Below, piece after piece: positions 1 to 7,050 of a stretch of DNA of 7,050 nt (position 1 is the stretch's first letter; each line of letters starts with the position of its first letter). A model generated the notes under the pieces. The model saw only the letters and a list, made by a program, of their open reading frames with translations, did no database searches and was not told the origin of the DNA. Location: the NCBI RefSeq assembly GCF_006345805.1, contig NW_021829042.1, positions 1-7,050 on the forward strand, read 5' to 3'. The stretch is from Octopus sinensis. Taxonomy: Eukaryota. Made by a program: the position numbers and the translations under genes.

Positions 1-64
1 GCAGTGGACTGAACCCGTTACCATGTGATTGCGAAGCAAGCTACTTACCACACATCCACTCCTG
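1..64 (-). mobile_element. 5' head of a tRNA-derived SINE (the rest runs off the left edge of the window)
   Basis: The minus strand reads caggagTGGATGTGTGGTaagtagcttgcttcgcaatcacatggtaacgGGTTCAGTCCactgc. This gives an A-box-like motif, then 31 nt, then a B-box-like motif (plus-strand 6-15), i.e. Pol III type 2 promoter spacing. It matches my recollection of a very abundant Octopus SINE head (not verified by search). Confidence 0.75.
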
Positions 65-65
65 A

Positions 66-143
66 GTATATATATACGTGTATATAATATATATATATAT
101 ATATTATATATATATATAATATATATATATATCTATATATATA

Positions 144-181
<38 letters not shown>

Positions 182-290
182 CATAGACATACGTACTTAT
201 GTACATACCTCCTTCCACGTGCTGCATACACATACAGACGCACTAGACACACGCACGCACATACAACACACACACACACTTATATAAATG
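66..290. repeat. Compound microsatellite: imperfect (TA)n followed by CA-rich repeats
   Basis: Directly visible: (TA)n at ~66-176, then tracts such as cacacgcacgcacatacaacacacacacac to ~290. Confidence 0.95.
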
Positions 291-739
291 TGTAGGTGGG
301 TGTGTTTGCATGTGTAATTTGTGCCTTTGATCATTTGTATACTGTATACCAATTGAAGCTACTTGAAAACGGTTCATTGTTTGTGTTTGTGTTTGGTTTT
401 ACTATTAACAAAAGACACATAACAAATTTGTTAGTCCGTATTGAAACTAGTAAATCTATAAATTTCCGGAAATGGTTCTTTAGAGTTTTAAAGTGTGAAT
501 CGAAAAGAAAACAAATATTATCATCAAATGTGAAGTGAGTAAGGAAGAAGAAAGTTAAATAAACTAGAAAGGAGACATGAAATAGAAATATAATTGTTAT
601 AGATACTATTGCAATTAGCTTGTTGATGAAGTTGAGTACTATGTTTCTTAGAATATTTGTTCGTTCGCTCTTTCATACAGGATGTTTGCACTTCACATTA
701 CATAAGGTCGCTTCCATCAAATCAGAAGCAAATTACACT

Positions 740-812
740 AACACACACACCACACACACACACAAAACGTAAACATACACATACACATGCACACACACAC
801 ACATGTGCACAC
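740..812. repeat. Imperfect (CA)n microsatellite
   Basis: acacacacaccacacacacacac...acacacacacatgtgcacac is directly visible. Confidence 0.9.
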
Positions 813-934
813 AATGATACGCGCAGACACAATCGAAGTGAGATACTATTATAAACACTCGTTCGCACACACTATCGCTGTGATATTCATATAAAGAGCA
901 TTACACTACGAGTTCTTCGTGGCACCCACTTGAA

Positions 935-1085
935 AATGGTGGATTAGCAAATTTCGAACTATAAGTCAAGCAGTATTTCTTCTGATTCTTGTAGTTCTCG
1001 GTTCCAATCAAGCAGAAAGCAGAATAAATTGGTTGTCAAAATAAAGCACGTTTCCAGTAATGAGGTCACCTTAATCGATTGGCTA
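935..1085 (+). mobile_element. Possible highly diverged tRNA-derived SINE remnant
   Basis: B-box-like GGTTCCAATC at 1000-1009. The stretch cagtatttcttctgattcttgtagttctcggttccaat and downstream ataaagcac...ttaatcgatt resemble a second Octopus SINE consensus as I remember it. Divergence is high and the match is unverified. Confidence 0.3.
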
Positions 1086-1105
1086 GACAATTATGGCCTT
1101 TATTC

Positions 1106-1167
1106 TGTATGCATGCATGTATGTATGTATGTATGTGTGTATGTATGTATGTATGTATGTATGTCTA

Positions 1168-1229
<62 letters not shown>

Positions 1230-1264
1230 TATATATAGAGAGAGGAGAGAGAGAGAGAGAGAGA
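1106..1264. repeat. Compound microsatellite (TATG)n-(CT)n-(TA)n-(GA)n
   Basis: (TATG)n ~1106-1163, (CT)n 1168-1191, (TA)n 1192-1237, (GA)n 1238-1264. Confidence 0.95.
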
Positions 1265-1265
1265 C

Positions 1266-1452
1266 TTTTATTTTTATATTTGTTTCAGTCATTTGAATGT
1301 GGCCGAGCTGGAAATCGACACCAGGACTTATTCTCTGTAAGTCTAGTACAGGCTATTTGGCAGAAACGCAATGTTACGCTAACATAAACATACCAACATC
1401 GGTTGTCAAGCTATGGTGGCGGAACAGTCTTAGACACACAAACATCATATAT
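1266..1452 (-). mobile_element. 3' half of a diverged SINE with internal deletions, ending in an A-rich tail
   Basis: The minus strand ends ...gtcctggtgtcgatttccagctcggccacattcaaatgactgaaacaaatataaaaataaaa, which includes a small terminal hairpin and an A-rich tail. The plus-strand blocks tgtttcagtcatttga, aaatcgac.ccaggacttattct and catcggttgtcaagc match my recollection of the abundant Octopus SINE whose head type is seen at 1-64. Confidence 0.65.
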
Positions 1453-1630
1453 ATGTAGCGGGGTCTAAGTTTCTTTACCAGATAAACTATCTTTCCATAT
1501 CACATAGAGCGCACATTCCACTGCCGTTGGTGTGGGGCATACACTTGGCTAACATCTTCCAATGGATGTTGTAACTAACACCTTTATTGTTTAATGACCA
1601 TCTGGAAAAGCAGCTTAGACCCCGCTACAT
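1453..1630. mobile_element. MITE-like non-autonomous DNA transposon (inverted termini, candidate TA target duplication)
   Basis: atgtagcggggtctaag (1453-1469) is the exact reverse complement of cttagaccccgctacat (1614-1630). The inverted match extends to 31 bp with 3 mismatches (1453-1483 vs 1600-1630). No coding capacity. Confidence 0.65.
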
Positions 1631-1869
1631 GTCTGAATTCAAGAACTGAACTTCCCGGTACATGGCCATATGTGGCCAAATATTTGTTACGTTTTTGGTC
1701 CCCGCGAGATTACAGATAGAACTTGCTTTCTATATTGTGCCCACGTACAAGCTTTTTATCTCTTTATACCTTTTACTTATATTTCTTATATATTTTCATT
1801 TTCATTCTTTATACATATACTTTTTACATATTTATAGAGATATTGGTTTATAGATTTATCGCTTATATA

Positions 1870-2530
1870 TTTTTTACACATAATTTTTCTGTATTCTACC
1901 TTTCACCCTGCATTTTCCCTGTGAGTATATAGACGTGTATATGGAGTCCTTTGTGCGCGCGTGTGGGGATGTGCGTGTGTGCGATTATGTGCATATATTG
2001 ATGTGTGCGTGTGTGCATGCATTCGAGTATGTCCGTTTATAGACGTGTTTTACTCATTGATTTTTTTACACATTTTCCTGTATTTTTGGCTTTAGGCCTG
2101 TTTTTTCTTGTGTATATGCGCATATGGACTTATGTATGAATCTTTTTGTACGCGCATGTATGTGTGTGTATATAGACGTGTGCGGGTATGTGCGTAAATA
2201 AGTGCATGTGTGTGAGTGCATACGGGTATGGGCGTATATAGACGTGGTTTACTCTTTGTATACACCCTTACACCTTTTTTCTGTATTGTTACCCTTAGCC
2301 CTTCTTTTTCTTGTGCTTGTGGGTATATAGACGTGTGTATAAAGCTTTATGGAGCATGTAGGGGGATTTGTGTATATAAATATATATATTTGGCGAATGG
2401 TGCGGGTGAGGATGTGTACGTTTCAAGTGAGGGTGGATGAGTGTATGCTTTTAGGCACATGCACGTGGGTGTGCGGGCGCGCATGTGTAGGTATGAATAT
2501 GCGCGCTCACGCGAATACTATAGACATTTT
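1870..2530. repeat. Degenerate tandem repeat, ~190-200 bp period, ~3 units
   Basis: Unit starts TTACAC...CTGTATT at 1874, 2066 and 2268. The exact decamer TATAGACGTG occurs at 1928, 2038, 2171, 2237 and 2326; 2038 to 2237 is 199 bp and 1928 to 2326 is 398 bp. Confidence 0.65.
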
Positions 2531-2827
2531 TACCCACTTACTTTCACTCCCTCCATTCACTTAGCAGTCATTCAAATAGGTCTTTTGTCTTAATAACTGA
2601 CAACCAAACAGTAATTTCCCTTTGTATAACGGTCATTTTTCATAGTATTTTTTCCGATGGCCAGATAAATGAAGAGATGGCGGCGTGGATTTCCACCTCG
2701 GCATCCGAAACTCGGAATTTTATCATGGCTACCGAATAATTGTAATATATTACATTTACAGATAAATTCCTCTATTTACATAAAATCGAGGTCTCTTTCA
2801 TTCTTTTGTTGTCTTACCAATTTATCA

Positions 2828-2902
2828 ATATATATATTTATATATATATTAACTATACATATATAATACGTATATATATATATATATGTATTATATATAT
2901 AA

Positions 2903-2944
<42 letters not shown>

Positions 2945-3020
2945 GTATATATATATGCATGTATATATAATGTATATATATTATATTATATATATCTATG
3001 TGTGTGTGTGTGTGTGTTGT
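2828..3020. repeat. Imperfect (TA)n microsatellite followed by (TG)n
   Basis: Directly visible: TA tract ~2828-2997, TG tract ~2998-3020. Confidence 0.95.
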
Positions 3021-3238
3021 GTATTTTAAGCACATAAGAGACATCCAACATAGGATTCCTTGCACGTTAGAGAGGACATTAAATTCCAAACCACTATTAA
3101 AGATAAAATTTCGAAGAGAATGAATAATAAAAACATTTACCATCTAACTCCTGGACCAATGGTTTTCAAACTTTTTTTTAGTAAATAAGATAATTTGCTA
3201 GCTGAAGTCTTCTTCAGCAGAGGTACACCTTAGATTAA

Positions 3239-3260
3239 ATATATATATATATATATATAT
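3239..3260. repeat. (AT)n microsatellite at the LINE 5' junction
   Basis: An uninterrupted AT run ends at 3260, immediately before gtggcac. Confidence 0.95.
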
Positions 3261-3262
3261 GT

Positions 3263-3404
3263 GGCACAAAAAATTGTTCAGCAGCTGACATGGCTACAAG
3301 CACAAATCTGGAACTACCTCGACATAAGGCCACTACCAACAGATGCAGGATGGCCACCACTGACACCAACACCAACACACACACCACAAAAATATTTGTA
3401 CTGA
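3263..3404 (+). pseudogene. Probable C-terminal remnant of LINE ORF1 overlapping the ORF2 start
   Basis: The frame starting at 3261 is open from the 5' junction to TGA 3402-3404 and reads (V)AQKIVQQLTWLQAQIWNYLDIRPLPTDAGWPPLTPTPTHTPQKYLY*. Its position fits ORF1, but no homology was confirmed. Confidence 0.4.
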
Positions 3405-6289
3405 ACGTAGGCGGGCTGCTGCGCGGAAACTGTAAAAGGAAAATCTCATTCCTGAGAGACCTTGTGACATGCAATCAAGCTATATGCATGGCACTCACAG
3501 AAACGCATCTTGGATCCGATATAGGGGATGCAGAAATACATATACTGCAATAGGCTGTCATACGCTCAGATAGAAAAGGGAGGAGCCATGGTGGAATTGC
3601 AATGTACATCCGAGATGACCCCACGCCCCAGGTCCTGTTGTCATATTCAAACTCAGTGTGTGACGCTCAAATTGTACACATAAGACAACTGAATATCGTC
3701 ATATGCACTACATATCGCCCACCAGATGCCCCAAATCACGCAGGCATGTTTGAAGACTGCCTAACAAACATAGAAGTCCTCACCAACCTTGAACAACACA
3801 ACAGTGTATTCTTCATGGGTGACTTTAACTTCCCCAATGTGGAATGGCCTGGGGGGCAGATGCTCTCAGGAATGACACACCATCAGCAGGCACAGGCAGA
3901 GTCCCTGCTCCATCTCACAAATGCCTCTATCATGAGGCGAATAGTTCTGCAACCAACAAGGGCAGATAATATACTGGATCTCTGCTTCACAAACAATATG
4001 GATATTATCCATAATGTTAAAGTGATACCGACAATGATCTCAGTTCACAACATAATAGAGCTGTCTATGTATGGACCAAAAGCCCCCGTAGACACACAGC
4101 TTATACGAAGCATCCACCATCTCTCCAACTTAAACTTTCATAAAGCAAACTGGAAGTTGATTGAGAAAGAGATCCTCAAACAGGATTGGCCTAAATGTCT
4201 CTCCACATCGGACATTAACATGAAACACAAACACTTCATGTCCATAATACAAGCCATATGTGACAAATATGTCCCAGTGTGCAGGGCCAGCACACACAAA
4301 ACAAACCAGGATCCCTAGAGAAAGGAGGATTCTTATGAGACGACGGACAAGGATTGCGAACCGCCTGAGCAAGCACACCAAAAGTGGTGAGAAGTCTCGG
4401 CTCGAGAGAATGCTAATGGAAATTGAGAAAAGTCTGCATCAATCCCATGAAAAGGAGAGAGAGCAGATAAAGAGGTTTGGGTAATAGAAAATAGAAAATC
4501 AAACCCTGAAGCTTTCTTTAAGTTTGCCAAAGAGACAGTCATAGTGCACCAGAGAATAGGACCTCTCTTCCAAAAAGATGGCTCTCTCACAGGAAATCCC
4601 ACGAGGATAAGTGAAATACTGAACGAACAATTCCAAAGTTCACTACACTTCTGGGACACAGGCAAGTAAACAACCCAGAAGAATTCTTTGGCACTTTACC
4701 TGCGGCCAGAGAGGCAAAAATTGAGTACATCAACATTGAAGATGATAATATCACACTAGCCATAGATGAGATTGACACGAACTCAGCTGCTGGACCTGAT
4801 GGATTTCCAGCGATCCTTCTCAAATCGTGCAAATGAGCCCTTGCAAAGCCGCTACAGCTTCTTTTTCAGAGCTTCCTTGCAAGTGGTAAGCTCCCAGTCA
4901 AATTGAAAGAGGGGGTAATATGCCCTATCCATAAGGGAGGTAACAGAGCAGATGCTAAAAATTATAGGCCTATCTCTCTGACCTCATACATCAGCAAAGA
5001 CATGGAACGAATAGTCCGCAAGAAACTAATCATGTTCCTTGAAGAAAATGACTTGCTTTCTGACACCCAGCATGGATTTCGACCAGGTAGAAGCTGCCTA
5101 ACACAGCTCCTGCAACACTATGACCGGGTGTTAAAAGCCTTTGATAAAGTCGACCATGGTATGATCTGTCACACACTGCGTGGTCTCGGCATAGGCGGAA
5201 ATCTTGGAGAGTGGCTGCACAACTTCCTAAAAGAGAGAAGACAGGCAGTTGTGAGCAATGGAGCCACCTCCAAGGAAACACAAATAACAGGCGGTATTCC
5301 ACAGGGCACTGTCTTGGGGCCACTGCTGTTCATAGTGGCCGTTTCAGACATGCCTTCAGTTGCTACGATGGCCACCCTTGCTAGCTATGCAGATGACACA
5401 AAAGTCTCCCACACAATACAAAACCCTGAAAATATCGCGCATCTGCAACAGGAGTTGGATAAAATATACAGGTGGGCGGAGGACAACAAAATGCAGCTTA
5501 ATGCAGGTAAGTTGCAGGCCCTGCGCTACCGGCACACAAAGGTAAACGACGTGCAGACTGGATACACTGGCCCAGGAAGAATTGCAATCCCTGAGTTAAA
5601 ATCAGTGCGTGACCTAGGCATTGACATGAGTAATGATGCATCTTTCCAAGTGCATATTACTAATCTGGTGATAAAATGGATGGATTCTCCGAACTTTCAG
5701 AACAAGAGAGAAGGAGACACTGATGGTCCTCTGGAAAACATTTGTCCTCAGCCGCTTGCACTACTGCTCCCAACTATGGTCACCACACAATATAAAACTA
5801 ACAGCAGAACTCGAAGCAATTTAGAGACGCTACACAAAGAAGATCGTCTCAATGCAAAATATCAGCTACTGGGAAAGACTGAAAGTATTAAACCTCTTCT
5901 CCCTAGAGCGGAAGCGGGAGAGATATGCGGTGATATACATCAGGAAAATCCTGGAGGGTCTTGTCCCAAACTTTGACATTCAAAGTTACCCCAACCGCAG
6001 AACGGGGCGCCACTGCATGGTGCCAAAGATTCCAACATCACCATCAAAATACAGGACCAGATACTGCAACAGCTTGGGTTTCAGAGAACCACAGTTCTTT
6101 AACATCCTCCCTAAATGCCTAAGAGACTTACATGGTGTGGATGTGGGTTTCTTTAAAACTAAACTGGATCTCTTCTTGTCGGGAGCCCCAGATGAACCTA
6201 CCTCACGACAGGAGACACAGATGCGGGCAGCTGCATCGAACTCCCCTGTTGATCAAGTGCCACGTATCAGAGGTGGATTCACATATTAG
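3290..6289 (+). pseudogene. LINE ORF2 pseudogene (APE endonuclease + reverse transcriptase), ~1000 aa when reconstructed
   Basis: APE motifs: VLNVGGL, ETHL, YRPP, GDFNFP, NILDL, and SDH mutated to SVH (GTT at 4043-4045). RT motifs: NYRPISL, QHGFRPGRS, AFDKV, GIPQGTVLGPLLF, YADD (5386-5397). In-frame stops: TAG 3551-3553, TGA 4834-4836, TAG 5822-5824. Frameshifts near 4300, 4460 (GA slippage), 4639 and 5677. In-frame deletion at 5136/5137. The start may be ATG 3290 or ATG 3350. Confidence 0.92.
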
Positions 6290-6362
6290 TGTAGCTCATT
6301 CAGCGGTGGTGCCCCAGCATGGCCGCGGCCTTCGGGCTACAACATTTTAAAGGATTTAAGGA

Positions 6363-6412
6363 TGTATATACATATACACATGTGTGTGTGTGTGTATGTG
6401 TGTATACATATA
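6363..6412. repeat. Compound TA/CA/TG microsatellite at the LINE 3' junction
   Basis: tgtatatacatatacacatgtgtgtgtgtgtgtatgtgtgtatacatata is directly visible. Confidence 0.9.
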
Positions 6413-6609
6413 TTCAAAATTATTGAGAAGGTTGCAAGACGCAACGAAAATTTTAGAAAAAGCAAAAGAGAAAATGAGTGGAAATTTTACCGATGAGCGT
6501 GTTAAATTATAAGGCACTAAAAAGTGAAAGACTCTCCCCAGACACAACAGAATATGCTTCAACACACAAACTGACATAAAGAATCTTGCAAACCAATTCC
6601 CAAAGCGAA

Positions 6610-6832
6610 ATATATATTTATATGTGTGTTTGTGTGTTTCTGTGTGTGTATGTGTATATATATATATATATATATATCAATATAAGTACCTATGTATATA
6701 TTTTTGCATGCATAAATATATACATATTTGTATTATGTATGTACATGCAAATATACAGCTTTGCATACACCCAAACACAACACACACACACACACACACA
6801 CACACCACACTCACTCATATATATATATATAT
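6610..6832. repeat. Compound microsatellite region (TG)n, (TA)n, (CA)n
   Basis: Directly visible: TG ~6622-6655, TA ~6655-6676, CA ~6765-6810, TA ~6817-6832. Confidence 0.9.
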
Positions 6833-7050
6833 GCGAGTTCTTGCGTGCATGTGTACTTTGAAAAATGGTGTTAACGTGTAGCTGCGCAGCATTATTGCTC
6901 TTTAAGTATGTACGGACGTGCATTATAATCCTGCCTTTCATTCTCGGTGATGAGAAATTGAGGTTGTGAATTATTGTAGTAGAGTAGGCAATGATCCAAA
7001 TATAATGAAATCTCATTCCCTGAAATAAAGACTATGAATTTATACTAACG

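Larger units (their letters stand above)
3263..6362 (+). mobile_element. 5'-truncated, inactive non-LTR retrotransposon of the CR1/L2 group
   Basis: APE-RT ORF2 remnant. The C-terminal region has CR1/L2-like motifs (WERLKVLNLFSLERKRER, FNILPKCLR...FKTKLDLFL). There is no RNase H domain and no poly(A). The 3'UTR is ~75 nt and ends in a tandem tail tttaaagga-tttaagga (6346-6362). Exact clade requires an RT phylogeny. Confidence 0.93.

Noticed and set aside
29-295. ORFs rich in YI/HT/CV/ER repeats (also 657-854, 1029-1387, 1083-1292, 2853-3143, 6586-6881, 6690-7016)
   Set aside because: These are translations of (TA)n, (CA)n, (GA)n and (TATG)n microsatellites, which lack stops in some frames. 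They show no protein-like signal.
462-473. Perfect 12-bp palindrome ATTTCCGGAAAT with ETS/STAT-like cores
   Set aside because: A single short palindrome is within chance for 7 kb and has no supporting context.
1662-2564. Hydrophobic ORFs 1662-1853, 1723-1932, 2216-2440, 2349-2564
   Set aside because: They arise from T-rich and GT-rich low-complexity tandem-repeat sequence and contain no recognisable domain.
2537-2602. Minus-strand donor GTAAGT near 2543 with an upstream tgtcag acceptor
   Set aside because: The implied 55-nt exon has stops in all three frames.
3157-3179. caatggttttcaaactttttttt resembles a hAT/Charlie terminal inverted repeat
   Set aside because: No convincing partner end exists in the window (best candidate ~6585-6598, about 10/14) and there is no duplicated 8-mer. 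A lone weak match is insufficient.
3201-3218. Hairpin gctgaag-tctt-cttcagc as a possible Helitron 3' end
   Set aside because: There is no CTRR terminus at the expected spacing on either strand.
4130-5545. Antisense and off-frame ORFs inside the LINE (4130-4381, 4333-4665, 4587-4832, 5030-5323, 5169-5375, 5360-5545)
   Set aside because: These are shadow frames of the ORF2 pseudogene with no independent motifs.
4903-5976. 357-aa ORF as a functional reverse transcriptase
   Set aside because: It lacks the first catalytic Asp segment, its C-terminal ~100 aa are out of frame after 5677, and it is cut off from the endonuclease by stops and frameshifts.
6414-6512. Protein-like short frames (SKLLRRLQDATKILEKAKEKMSGNFTDERVKL*)
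   Set aside because: Short and A-rich, with no start codon or good splice acceptor and no recognised homology.
6930-6965. tgcctttcattctcggtgatgagaaatt faintly resembles a SINE core
   Set aside because: Too short and diverged to support without a profile search.
1-7050. Prokaryote-type systems (CRISPR arrays, operons, retrons), ribozyme cores and intact tRNA/rRNA genes
   Set aside because: There are no regularly spaced repeat-spacer units, no gene-dense structure and no hammerhead core found by eye. The RT is APE-linked and LINE-type, and the tRNA-like sequence is a SINE head.

Overview
AT-rich, microsatellite-dense eukaryotic non-genic or intronic DNA. The repeat content resembles what I recall from Octopus genomes; that assignment is inference from memory, not a search. 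The main feature is a decayed, 5'-truncated CR1/L2-group LINE on the + strand (~3263-6362). It carries an APE endonuclease plus reverse transcriptase ORF2 broken by 3 stops, 4 frameshifts and one in-frame deletion, a very short structured 3'UTR and an 8-9 bp tandem tail. The left half holds tRNA-derived SINE pieces, a ~170-bp MITE-like element with 31-bp inverted ends, compound microsatellites and a degenerate ~200-bp tandem repeat. No host gene can be supported and I see no clearly new biological system. The best leads are a possible LINE-SINE shared 3' end, the MITE, a probable ORF1 tail overlapping ORF2, and the ~200-bp repeat with a conserved TATAGACGTG motif.
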